Source: an uncultured virus (IMG/VR IMGVR_UViG_3300005444_000002)
Taxonomy: Duplodnaviria; Heunggongvirae; Uroviricota; Caudoviricetes
Reading direction: 5' to 3' (one strand)
Virus record (IMG/VR): IMGVR_UViG_3300005444_000002
Length of the DNA: 64,000 bases
Part shown: positions 9,546 through 18,973 of the stretch, piece by piece
Numbering within the stretch: position 1 is the stretch's first letter
Layout: the number at the start of each line of letters is the position of its first letter
Notes under the pieces: model-generated
Database searches by the model: none
The model's input: the letters and a program-made list of their open reading frames with translations, nothing else
Told to the model about the DNA's origin: nothing
Translations under genes and position numbers: made by a program

Positions 9546-10198
9546 GTTTGATCACATCGCAGGGAACGGTTGAGAGGTTTGCGGATGGATTAGGGGTGGG
9601 GACTATGAAGTCTCTCTCCCTAACCACCCTGGGGAGTTTGAGGGTTGCTCAGGTGGAGAACCCCAACATTGAAACCGCTAGGAGCGGGAAAAGATTTGCT
9701 GGAGGTTGCCAGGTTATCGCGAGCGGAGTTGCCCCGGTTACTGCCATCCCCACAACCACTGCAACGATTGGTTTGTATAATACTGATTCTGCTGTCTCCC
9801 TCGCCATAGACCAAGTAGGGTTCTACTTGGGCTCTGGTACTCCTACCGTTGGAGCAACCCTCCTCCTTGCCTTATCGAACGGACCTCTCCTTGCCGCCAA
9901 CATCCCCACTGCCCTTGCTAATTATTCCTCTCAGGCCCTTGGGAAAGCTGTGAATAGTAGTGTGGCAAGGTGGGGAGCGGCTGTGGTCTTCCCCGCTGGG
10001 AGTGCTTGGTTCCAAGCTACCAGTACCCTTCAGTTAGCAGGAGCCAATGTGGGGATGGGAGATCAGGTTGCCCTCTTGGGGAGTCTGGTCATCCCTCCGA
10101 TGTATTGTCTGGGGATGGCCATTCTGTCAGGGGCTGGTACAGTGCCTCTGTATAGTTTGAGTGTGATTTGGTCGGAACTCCGTTTGGATCTTGAATAA
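9542..10198 (+). CDS. Putative structural protein
   Basis: A/G/T-rich, beta-type composition; coupled start. Confidence 0.5.
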   Translation: MSLITSQGTVERFADGLGVGTMKSLSLTTLGSLRVAQVENPNIETARSGKRFAGGCQVIASGVAPVTAIPTTTATIGLYNTDSAVSLAIDQVGFYLGSGTPTVGATLLLALSNGPLLAANIPTALANYSSQALGKAVNSSVARWGAAVVFPAGSAWFQATSTLQLAGANVGMGDQVALLGSLVIPPMYCLGMAILSGAGTVPLYSLSVIWSELRLDLE

Positions 10199-10220
10199 CC
10201 TAGGAGGCTTTGTATAGCCA

Positions 10221-10805
10221 TTGCTGACATCTACCACAGGTAGCGAGGACCTAGTATCTACTTGTGCAACATGTAAGCTTAGTAAGCCATTTAGTGCCTT
10301 CCGTATGCGGAATTCAAAGCCTGTCAGTCAATGTAGACCTTGCTCTACGGCGTATCATAAACGATGGCGTAAGGCTAATCGCAAACGCTTGAATGCCTCA
10401 GTGCGGGGTAACTATAAAAAGACCCGCAGCAAACAACAGGCATATGGGCTGAAGTGGCGTAGTAAACATCCTACTGCTGTGCTTCTCGCCTCCGCTCGCA
10501 TACGGGCACGTAAGACTGGTGTTCCCTTCGCGATTAAGCGTTCCGATATAGTGATTCCAGACCTGTGTCCCTTTTTGGGTATTCCCTTAATCCCACAGCA
10601 TCATGGTACGCCGGGAGGCGGCAAGGAAAGCCCTAGCCTAGATCGTATTATTCCCTCTCTTGGTTATGTTCCCGGCAACATTCAAGTCATTAGCCACCTT
10701 GCTAACAATATGAAAAGCTTTGCCACTCCTGTAGAAATGGTAACGTTCGCTAAGGCAGTGTTGCGTACATATAATGACTTGGGTAATCAGAAGGTTGCTG
10801 CTTGA
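10221..10805 (+). CDS. Zn-ribbon HNH-like endonuclease
   Basis: CxxC...CxxC N-terminus; CP.LG...SPSLDRI.P..GYVPGN..VIS..AN.MK. Confidence 0.8.
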   Translation: MLTSTTGSEDLVSTCATCKLSKPFSAFRMRNSKPVSQCRPCSTAYHKRWRKANRKRLNASVRGNYKKTRSKQQAYGLKWRSKHPTAVLLASARIRARKTGVPFAIKRSDIVIPDLCPFLGIPLIPQHHGTPGGGKESPSLDRIIPSLGYVPGNIQVISHLANNMKSFATPVEMVTFAKAVLRTYNDLGNQKVAA

Positions 10806-11581
10806 GTGGTACCACTCATGTGGTCCTACCGGACATTCAATCCAAGCAAGGAGTAGACCTATCCCACCTTGAATGGATAGGGCAGTACATTTGTGATGAG
10901 AAGCCAGAGATCCTTCTGTGCTTGGGGGATTTCGCTGACCTCGAAAGTTTGAGTAGCTACGATAAGGGAAAACGTTGCTTTGAGGGGAGACGTTACCAGG
11001 ATGACATCATGGCCGTCTATACAGCCATGGATATGCTTCTTGGTCCCCTTCGGGCGCTACAGAGGGCGCAAAAAGCAGCTAAGCACAAACCCTATACTCC
11101 ACGCATGATTATGCTCCTAGGAAACCACGAAGATCGCATTACCCGAGCTATTGAAGATAACCCCTCTCAATTAGAGGGGATCATGTCACTGGATGATCTT
11201 GGGTATAAGGAACAGGGATGGGAAGTATATCCATTCTTGGAAGTTGTGGAAGTGGATGGGATATTATATAGCCATTATTTTACCAGTGGTGTAATGGGCC
11301 GACCTGTCACTAATGCCAAGGCTCTGATTAAAAAAACCCATCAATCCGCTACTCAAGGACACGTCCAGATCACAGACATGTACCTACAGGACTCTCGCAA
11401 TGGTTCGATGATGATTGGGCTTATGGCAGGCATTTGCTATCTTCATGATGAAACTTATCTAACTCCACAAGGCAATACGCATCGTCGGCAGATTATTGTT
11501 AAGAGGCACGTAAAGGATGGGGCCTATGATCCTCAATTCATCAGCCTAAGCTCTTTGAAGGACATGTATGCCGGGTCCTAA
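10802..11581 (+). CDS. Calcineurin-like metallophosphoesterase
   Basis: PDIQ, LGDFAD, LGNHE, SH, QGHVQ motifs. Confidence 0.85.
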   Translation: MSGTTHVVLPDIQSKQGVDLSHLEWIGQYICDEKPEILLCLGDFADLESLSSYDKGKRCFEGRRYQDDIMAVYTAMDMLLGPLRALQRAQKAAKHKPYTPRMIMLLGNHEDRITRAIEDNPSQLEGIMSLDDLGYKEQGWEVYPFLEVVEVDGILYSHYFTSGVMGRPVTNAKALIKKTHQSATQGHVQITDMYLQDSRNGSMMIGLMAGICYLHDETYLTPQGNTHRRQIIVKRHVKDGAYDPQFISLSSLKDMYAGS

Positions 11582-11852
11582 CCCAGCCAGAAGGAGAATC
11601 CCTAGGGTAGTCAATCTCCCCTTCGGAGTCAGGATCAAAGTCAAGCAAGTCGGGAAGAGGCAGATGGAAGCTGAGATGGGGGATGGGGAGGCATCGGGGG
11701 GGTGGATGTGTGCGATACGAACGATCTTCATTAAGAAGACCGATTCCCCAGCTGCCAAGAGGGATACCCTCTACCATGAGCTAATGCACGTGCTGGTGGA
11801 TATTAAGGACGAGCATCTAACTTCAGGCTTCACGTCTCCCACAACCTGGTGA
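11568..11852 (+). CDS. Small zincin-like metallopeptidase domain protein
   Basis: TLYHELMH (HExxH). Confidence 0.65.
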   Translation: MPGPNPARRRIPRVVNLPFGVRIKVKQVGKRQMEAEMGDGEASGGWMCAIRTIFIKKTDSPAAKRDTLYHELMHVLVDIKDEHLTSGFTSPTTW

Positions 11853-12311
11853 GACCAAGCATAACAAGACGGTTCTGGTCTAAAGTAGCCAAAAGAACCA
11901 TTGCTGATTGTTGGTTATGGCAGGCTGGTAAGGTATCCGCAGGATATGGAGCCATTAAGGTTAATGGACGGCAATGTATGGCAACTAGAATAGCGTGGGA
12001 AATAACTATTGGCCCAATTCCGGAAGGATTGTGGGTGTTACACCACTGTGATGTGCCGGCATGTGTCAATCCCACACATCTATTTCTAGGCACTCCAGCG
12101 GACAATGTAGCTGATAAAGTTGCGAAGGGCAGAGCTGGTGAACTACACGGCAGTGATCATGGTATGGCCAAGGTTACAGAGCAGCAGGTACGTTGCTATT
12201 CGATATTTAAGCAATTACAGTTTTGAGGGTAAAACTCTTTCTCAAGCATTTGGTCTCTCAAGAGGTTCCAGTTCCAAAATCATTAATCGTCGTCGCTGGG
12301 CTCATATATGA
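11849..12311 (+). pseudogene. HNH endonuclease with +1 frameshift before the C-terminal HTH
   Basis: HNH motif intact; removing one base near 12191 gives [14 protein letters not shown]...IINRRRWAHI ending at 12311, which overlaps the next ATG. Confidence 0.75.
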
Positions 12312-12592
12312 AAGTCATGTGGTTGTTTGTCCTACTTAATTGTTTGGATGCGGTTACAACAATGTATATAGTGACCTATCTTCCAGGTGCTTGGAATAAT
12401 GAAGGCAACCCCCTCATTAGGGTAGGCGGAGAAATATGTGGCTTGTGGATCTTCCTCCCTAAAATGCTCCTCTCCTCCCTCTGCGCTTATCTCCTGGTAA
12501 GGATCAAGAGGGAGGAGATTCTCTGGGGACTAAATATGGTCCTGGCCTTGGCTGTTCTCCTCGGGTTGACTGTCTGCCTTCTACATCCCTGA
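12308..12592 (+). CDS. Small membrane protein (DUF5658-like)
   Basis: LN.LDA.TT...EGNPL...K motif, hydrophobic segments. Confidence 0.65.
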   Translation: MKVMWLFVLLNCLDAVTTMYIVTYLPGAWNNEGNPLIRVGGEICGLWIFLPKMLLSSLCAYLLVRIKREEILWGLNMVLALAVLLGLTVCLLHP

Positions 12593-12760
12593 AGCAAGCC
12601 TCACAACACCTCAACATCCATTCATCCCTGGGGAAGGTACCTGTCCCGTATTGGGTAGCCACATACACCTCCGCTACCCCTTCCCTCACCCTATGGTAGA
12701 CCGTACCGAGCTTATCCCCTCCTAAGGCTGCCTGAGCCTCACCTATGGTGAGGAAGGTTC

Positions 12761-13315
12761 TCACATGTCTTCCCCATGATGATCAACTGGGGAGAAGGTC
12801 TGGGCTTGGGCCCTCTCCCACAACTCTTCAAATCTCACAGGTACTGGTTCCACATCCACCCCCACATCAAACCTATGAGGGAGCTTGGTCTTCAGGGATC
12901 CATGAGAGTGCCCATGGATCATGAGGTAACCATGGTGGGCTTGTTTCCAGGTCTCCATGGGATAGTGGCACACCATGGCCCTTCTCCCTCCTTCATCCCT
13001 GACGGTTACTAGGTCAACCTTCTTCTCCCAGGGGAGGGCCAAGACCTTAGGGTTCTTCTCATCATGGTTTCCGATGACAAGGTTCTTATGACCGGAAAGG
13101 TTGGAGAAGATTTCATCTAGAGGGGTGGTTCCTTCATGCTTCGCATGGAAGCCGAAGTCTCCGACAAACCAGATGGTATCGTTGGGCTTCACTGTGCGAT
13201 TCCACTGAGCCATCATGGCTAGGTTCATCTCAGCCACATCCGCATAGGGTCTCTTGCAATACTTAATAATCCCTGTGTGGTTGAAGTGGGTGTCAGACCA
13301 GAAGTAGATGCTCAT
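12761..13315 (-). CDS. Calcineurin-like metallophosphoesterase (phage phosphohydrolase type)
   Basis: SDTHFNH, VGDF, GNHD, HYP, HGHSH, DVGVD. Confidence 0.9.
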   Translation of the reverse strand: MSIYFWSDTHFNHTGIIKYCKRPYADVAEMNLAMMAQWNRTVKPNDTIWFVGDFGFHAKHEGTTPLDEIFSNLSGHKNLVIGNHDEKNPKVLALPWEKKVDLVTVRDEGGRRAMVCHYPMETWKQAHHGYLMIHGHSHGSLKTKLPHRFDVGVDVEPVPVRFEELWERAQAQTFSPVDHHGEDM

Positions 13316-13635
13316 TTGACGTAATACTCCTCTTCCTCAAACCTCCCAAAGTAAGCCCTCCAGACAAGAAGACGTTCCTTTTTATCAAGGATCCCTGCTC
13401 CATCCAGGGCTCTCTTGAGGGACATCTTCCGCCCGAACTCCTTCTTATACCTCCCCCGATCCACAGGGTTGAGGGAAGTGGATCCCTCTCCCATAACCCG
13501 ATACTTCATCTTCCCCTTCAACCTCCCTTCATCCCAGAGACCTTCCTCCTTAACGACAATACAGGAAGTCCCCACCATGTGATCATGCCTGAAGAGGATG
13601 GCCCACTTCTCCCCACGGAAGTCGAACCTGATCAT
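13312..13635 (-). CDS. Hypothetical phage protein
   Basis: Coupled ORF; D...KEFGRKMSL.RAL motif seen in phage hypotheticals. Confidence 0.6.
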   Translation of the reverse strand: MIRFDFRGEKWAILFRHDHMVGTSCIVVKEEGLWDEGRLKGKMKYRVMGEGSTSLNPVDRGRYKKEFGRKMSLKRALDGAGILDKKERLLVWRAYFGRFEEEEYYVK

Positions 13636-13770
13636 ACATCCCTCCCTATTTTAGAAATGACCTCCCCAGAGAACCCAATCGGGATCTTGAGGAGGTCTTC
13701 TTGAGCTTTGAGCAACCGCTTAATTTCATCCCTGAGAGCCCTGATCTCAGCGAGGATCTCTGAACTGGTC

Positions 13771-14703
13771 TTAGGTCCCAAATGCCTTCCCTGGAGTCAT
13801 CCACCCTGCCATAACGGGGAGTAATCCTAGCACGTATTCTGCTCTCTTCCAAGCATCTGTTCCCTTTGCAAGTGCATAGATTGCATCCAGTTGCAGGAGG
13901 GGGTGATCCTCCACCGTCGCTGAGTTGAGGAGGGAGGCGGTGTTGGTCATGCAGAACTGCCACCTGTTGGAAGTGGTTCCGGCAAGGGTCCAGAAGGAGA
14001 CGGCTAGGCCATTCTCCCCGGGGGTGTAGGGAATCCCGGAGACCCTCAAGGTAACCTTACCTAAATCGTCCTGGATCTTCCAGCCATACTCCAGAGCCGT
14101 CTGGAGGAGGTAGAGGTCTGCAGGGAGGAGAGGGGTGGGATCGGCAGAGTACCCATGGATCAGGGCTGCTAGGGCATCATAGAGGTATTGCCCCTTGGAT
14201 CTCCAGAGGTTGGTTTTCATATCCCTCTCTAGGAGGGGGTCCATGTTGGGCCAAGCTAGAGGGAACTCGTAGGGAAGGCTCTGATCGAAGAGCCTCAACC
14301 TTGCCAGAGTCCTTACCATGTTAACCCTGGATGCCTTAACCAGGAGGTTGGAGGGGAGGAGGAGGGTTAGGGTGTCCAGGGCTCTGAGCCCCTCTTCCCC
14401 TTCATCAATAGCATCGTTGAGGGCAGCTAGGGCCTCTGCGACAAAGACCTCCCTCGGATCCAATCTCCTCGCCACCTTCGCTCTCTCATCCCTTTCACAA
14501 ATAGCCCCAGTGAGGTTACCTAGGGCATTGGTGGCTCCTTCAACACACTCCAGGAGAGGGTGGAGGGTGTTGGCAATAATGGGTCGGAGATCAGGGGAGA
14601 ACTCTGTCCCCATCACCCCCTCCATAGCCACTAAGGCAGCCCTGGCCCCGATCCCAGCTTCAACCAACCTTCTCATTTCTACCTGTTCTAAGGAATTGAA
14701 CAA
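13771..14703 (-). CDS. Hypothetical helical protein
   Basis: 310-aa ORF with GGAGG RBS; no recognised motif. Confidence 0.6.
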   Translation of the reverse strand: MFNSLEQVEMRRLVEAGIGARAALVAMEGVMGTEFSPDLRPIIANTLHPLLECVEGATNALGNLTGAICERDERAKVARRLDPREVFVAEALAALNDAIDEGEEGLRALDTLTLLLPSNLLVKASRVNMVRTLARLRLFDQSLPYEFPLAWPNMDPLLERDMKTNLWRSKGQYLYDALAALIHGYSADPTPLLPADLYLLQTALEYGWKIQDDLGKVTLRVSGIPYTPGENGLAVSFWTLAGTTSNRWQFCMTNTASLLNSATVEDHPLLQLDAIYALAKGTDAWKRAEYVLGLLPVMAGWMTPGKAFGT

Positions 14704-15133
14704 CTAGTGTCCTCCAAAGGGTTTGTTAGGAAAGAGGTATTCCATCAGGAAGACCAACCCTACACAGGCGAAGTAGATCAGTAGAGCGAGGACGGTCTTC
14801 ATTCTGGGCTTCATTAAAACCTACCTTCCTTAACCGAAGATTTCCTTAATCTCCCTCAGGGACATCTCTGCTCGCCAAGAACAGAAGTCACATACCCCAC
14901 CCCAGGTCAACCCCTGGCATTCTGGGTGGAAGCAATCATATAGCTCCCCACACTCCCCACAAGGGTGGGGATGTGTGCAGGTATTCACAGGAACTGCTTA
15001 CCGCACATTAGGCAGACCCAGTTCCATACCCCGTTCATAAAGAGGCATCTGGTGGTGAGGTTGGAAAGGCACTTTGGGCAATTGTGATTCATATATTGAC
15101 TATACTCCCTCTCCTCTGGGAGAATCAAGGGGT

Positions 15134-15325
15134 TCATGGGATGTCCTTGTAGGTCTGTCTGTTGAGAAGGCGGGAGACGGTCTTGCGAGAGATGGGATAT
15201 CTCTTCAAGATATCCTTGATCCTCCAGCCCTGCTCCCAACACTGGATCCTAATGGCCATGACCTCTCCTGGAGAGAGGGACCTCTGATACTTCGGGAAGG
15301 TTCCTTTCCCCTGGAGGGAGGTCAT
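15134..15325 (-). CDS. Small stand-alone HTH protein
   Basis: LSPGEVMAIR...IKDILKRYPISRKTVSRLLNRQTY resembles the C-terminal HTH of HNH endonucleases. Confidence 0.6.
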   Translation of the reverse strand: MTSLQGKGTFPKYQRSLSPGEVMAIRIQCWEQGWRIKDILKRYPISRKTVSRLLNRQTYKDIP

Positions 15326-15660
15326 TGTCCGATGGACTCTAGGTGGCCCGCAATGTCCTCACGGGTCCATAATTCACCATCATTCAACTCTATGACTCTG
15401 GTTACGAGATCCCCACCATAGAGCTTTTCTAACAACACAATGGCATTGGGATCAGTAAGGGGGTCATAACCTAGACCGATGTAAGCTGCTCCTAGAGCAC
15501 AGCAGCCTGTAATGAATCCCTCGGTACTGGTACCCCCTCTCTCCCACTTAATGGAAAACATCGTTCCAAAGACCTGTTTCCCATCCTTCCTAATCCCCTC
15601 CCTAATCGCCTCACTCAACTTCATCCTAGATTCCATCACTACACCCCACAAAGTAACCAC
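15322..15660 (-). CDS. Hypothetical phage protein
   Basis: MKLSEAIR.G...CALGAA...LND...TRE.IA..LE pattern; true start may be downstream. Confidence 0.6.
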   Translation of the reverse strand: MVTLWGVVMESRMKLSEAIREGIRKDGKQVFGTMFSIKWERGGTSTEGFITGCCALGAAYIGLGYDPLTDPNAIVLLEKLYGGDLVTRVIELNDGELWTREDIAGHLESIGQ

Positions 15661-15989
15661 ATGAACGGCAGATGTACTTACAATGCCCGAGGAAGGTCAT
15701 CTCCCCCCAACAGAGATCACACCTCACTCCAATCCTCCTCTAAATACTTCCGATACAATTCCTCTTCCCCCTGGGTTAGGAAGACATCTATAATCCCCGA
15801 GTAACCTACCAAGAAGGCGATTCGCTTGGAACAGACCTTCATTACCCACCATCTTAGGGGGAGTTCTTTCCCTCTGGGACACTTCTCCTGATATGCACAA
15901 TGGTGTCTCAGACAAACCCTCACCCACCTTTCCTCCTCCACTGCCCTGAGATCCCACTCGGGGACCTCTATGAGATCTGTCATGAGACA

Positions 15990-16886
15990 CTAGGCGACCT
16001 CTTCATCCAAGTCCTCCTCTGCATCGATTACCGTGGTATCGGAAGCTACACCTAGCTCCTTCAGGTCGATTTCCTCCATAGAGCCCCAGGTGGGGCCTAC
16101 CTTGATTGCTACCCCTATAGTCAGGTAGGGCCCCAGACCCCACTCCTTAGGGCAGGGGAGGACTTTGATAGGAGTGGTCATCTCGTTATAGAGAGCCCTG
16201 ATGACCCTATCCTTCTCCCCTAGGGGGACCTCACAGAGGATGGAGTCGTGGATGAGGGCTCTGATGGGGGTCCTTCCATGGAAGGTGTCTCCGATGTAGT
16301 TGGCCCCTCCGGGATCCATCAACCTAAGACAGGCTTCTTTGAGGATCCCAGCAGCTGTGCTCTGGGGGTAGAAGGCAACCACCCTGTTAGCATCTCTCCC
16401 GAGAGAAACCTTCCCCCCACTCCACTTCAACACCTCCCAGAACCAATGCTTGTAGTGGAAGGGGTGATCATTCCCTCCTAGGTAACCCTGTCTATGTGCC
16501 CTTTGCCTGAGGTTGTTATGCCAGGATTTCAGCTTGGGGCAGAGCTTATAGTAAAGGGTCTGTAGAGCCGTTGCTGAGGAAATTGTGAAGAGGTGAGGAT
16601 GTAGTTTGGCCATACCATAGGGGGTTTGACCGAAATTCGTTCCGTGCACGGTGCCCTTCCCCTGATGATACTTGACGGGATAGGCTTTCTTGATCTTCTT
16701 GAAGTAATCCCCCAAGACTTCATCCGACCACCCTAGATCGGCTGGCTTGTTTACAAGGTGTGAAGTTAGATAGGCATGAACCCCTAATCTAGCAAGGCGA
16801 ATGTATGTGGGATCCCCACAAAACCATCCTGTAAGGATTGCTTCTATGGCAGAGAAGTCGGCCTCTATGAAAACACACTCACTCAT
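15990..16886 (-). CDS. polA: DNA polymerase family A, C-terminal catalytic part (motifs A, B, C)
   Basis: EADFSAIEA (motif A), KGTVHGTNFG (motif B), PQSTAA, IHDSI (motif C); ATG at 16886 overlaps the upstream TGA. Confidence 0.9.
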   Translation of the reverse strand: MSECVFIEADFSAIEAILTGWFCGDPTYIRLARLGVHAYLTSHLVNKPADLGWSDEVLGDYFKKIKKAYPVKYHQGKGTVHGTNFGQTPYGMAKLHPHLFTISSATALQTLYYKLCPKLKSWHNNLRQRAHRQGYLGGNDHPFHYKHWFWEVLKWSGGKVSLGRDANRVVAFYPQSTAAGILKEACLRLMDPGGANYIGDTFHGRTPIRALIHDSILCEVPLGEKDRVIRALYNEMTTPIKVLPCPKEWGLGPYLTIGVAIKVGPTWGSMEEIDLKELGVASDTTVIDAEEDLDEEVA

Positions 16887-18514
16887 GCGGCTACTATGCA
16901 ATCCTTGAAGCCAGCTGCCAGGGAGTCAGCTCCCTCCCGATCTGCGATGACGTTCTGAAGGTTGGGACCAACACAGCTCAAGCGAAAGGTGGAAGGGGTG
17001 TGGAGGAAGGAGGGATGGACTCTCTTATCAGCCTTAATGAGTCTCTTAGTACCGTCCACATAGGTCCCCTTCACCTTGGTCACTGCTCTGAAATCCAGGA
17101 TGTCTTTATAGAAGGGGTTCTTCTTCGCCAATCCTTCCAGGACCAACTTATTTGTAGAGGGGGCATCAGTCTTGGCCCCCTTCGCCTTCCCCCCCTTATC
17201 CCCCTTCCACTTCATATAGGCCAACAGCTGGGGGTTAGAAGCAGGGTTGAAGGGGGCCTCAACAAACCACCTCTCCTTGAACTCCATTAAGTCGGCAAGT
17301 TGATATTCAACTACCAGCTTCTCTTTCCCCCTCTTATAGGTGACGGAGAAGGGTTTGGTCTTCGCCTTCTTCCACCCCTTCTTGGGATGGAGAGCTAGAG
17401 CATCAGGGGGTACCTGGGAGCAGATCTTGTCCAGGAACTCTCTCTTCTTCCCCTCCAGCTTTACCCCAAACGCATCCAGGAGGGTCTCATCCACAGGTAG
17501 CCCAACCTCCTCTGCTGGGTGGAGGACATAGGTGTCCAGGTCATGGAAGTGGCGGAGGAAGATCTCCCACTGACCTCCCTTCTCAAGATCCCTGGCAATC
17601 CCCCTAGCACACCTGAGGGTCTGAACAGCGTCTATAGCTGCATAGGTCCCTGGGTCACTCCCTGAGAGATGCTTCCAAGGACCGAAGGAACTGAAAAAAG
17701 GAGCGACGAACCCCAACCCTTTTGGCAGATCAGATTGAAGGAGGTGCCAAGCCACCATAAAGTCATAGGGGTTGGCTCCTACAGGACAATCATTTGCCTT
17801 TAGTCTGGGTACATCATATCGGGAATTCCAATAGCAGGTTGTCTGTGCTGCTTTTAGGAGCATCTTAATTAAGGGGATGTATTGTCCAGCCCAGGGGACG
17901 GTTACTCCCTGATCGGGGTTGTAGGAGAAGTTGATTCTGATGATTTCAAAGGAGGGATCCTCCTCTAACTTACCTTCGTCCTTCCCTGCCTTCATCTTCT
18001 GTGGGGTCTCAATATCTACGGCTAACCATGAGGAGGTGCAATGGAGAAATCCCTTCACCCATTCCCTAAACCATTCCGCAGGAGGATCTACTATCAGTTC
18101 TGCAGGTTCCTCCCTCCACCTCCTCTGAAGGACATCCTGAGCAACCTTGAGATCGAATAACAAGGCCCCAGTCATACCGGGTTTGGTTAGGGCATGGTTG
18201 GGGTGGAAGGTGGGGACGATTTTCCCTGAAGGACAACCATGCCAGTTCTCCAGCTTGAAATCCTTCTTAGGGAGTCTAAGGGCATTCCTGACAGCGAGAC
18301 TTCCCATGGCCAACATGACACTGGGTTGGTCCCAAAAGCCATCATCTCCTTCCTGAGCTACGACCATTCTTATGGAATCCCTATCCCACCCCAGGCGGGA
18401 GTAGAGGCGATTTAGTAGGCCTCCAGACCTCCCCTGGAAGGGCCACACCCCTTTATCCATCTCCGCATAGAGGAGGATAGGGGCATTCTCGGGGCCCACG
18501 GGGGGGATCACCAC
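16883..18514 (-). CDS. polA: DNA polymerase family A, N-terminal part (degenerate UDG-like domain, 3'-5' exonuclease, thumb)
   Basis: PF.GRSG.LL and PTFHP (UDG family 4-like); AVDIET, N..YD, YAAIDA (Exo I-III); TFRLS...PNLQNV. Confidence 0.88.
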   Translation of the reverse strand: MVIPPVGPENAPILLYAEMDKGVWPFQGRSGGLLNRLYSRLGWDRDSIRMVVAQEGDDGFWDQPSVMLAMGSLAVRNALRLPKKDFKLENWHGCPSGKIVPTFHPNHALTKPGMTGALLFDLKVAQDVLQRRWREEPAELIVDPPAEWFREWVKGFLHCTSSWLAVDIETPQKMKAGKDEGKLEEDPSFEIIRINFSYNPDQGVTVPWAGQYIPLIKMLLKAAQTTCYWNSRYDVPRLKANDCPVGANPYDFMVAWHLLQSDLPKGLGFVAPFFSSFGPWKHLSGSDPGTYAAIDAVQTLRCARGIARDLEKGGQWEIFLRHFHDLDTYVLHPAEEVGLPVDETLLDAFGVKLEGKKREFLDKICSQVPPDALALHPKKGWKKAKTKPFSVTYKRGKEKLVVEYQLADLMEFKERWFVEAPFNPASNPQLLAYMKWKGDKGGKAKGAKTDAPSTNKLVLEGLAKKNPFYKDILDFRAVTKVKGTYVDGTKRLIKADKRVHPSFLHTPSTFRLSCVGPNLQNVIADREGADSLAAGFKDCIVAA

Positions 18515-18792
18515 ATTCTCCTATAGGTAACCGTCTTGGTTTCGTAGTTGATATCAGTGATCTGGTGAGAGACGACTGATCGTCTACGTGGACGCACATC
18601 GTAGAAATCAATTTGCATGTCATGCCTGAGTAGGATAATACCCCCAGGTTTGGAGCATACAAACGTTGAGATGCCCTCAACCTCGATTGGCTCTAGCCGT
18701 GATATTGGTGAGTCAGTCCATGTAGCCTTTCCTAAACCAACTGCACCCAGGAAGAGACCACATGCCTTGAGGAAGGATCGTCGGGAGGTCAT
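18508..18792 (-). CDS. Small protein with twin-arginine-like N-terminus
   Basis: Start reassigned to 18792 (TGATG overlap): MTSRRSFLKACGLFLGAVGLGKA. Confidence 0.55.
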   Translation of the reverse strand: MTSRRSFLKACGLFLGAVGLGKATWTDSPISRLEPIEVEGISTFVCSKPGGIILLRHDMQIDFYDVRPRRRSVVSHQITDINYETKTVTYRRMW

Positions 18793-18973
18793 CAGTCCTC
18801 CAGACCCATGTTCCATTTCAGATCTACCAGTTGCCCCAGGGTGAGGTTCATGACCTCCCCGGGGGAACACCCCTCCTTTATGAGCAGGTGCCTGAGAGCT
18901 ACCTTCCTATCCTTATACATCTGCATCAACTGGTACTGTTCTTCCTGGGGGGATAGGTTGGTCATTGACTCCT

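Noticed and set aside
16860..16910. Intron or intein interrupting polA
   Set aside because: The two halves abut with no intervening sequence and no intein terminal motifs
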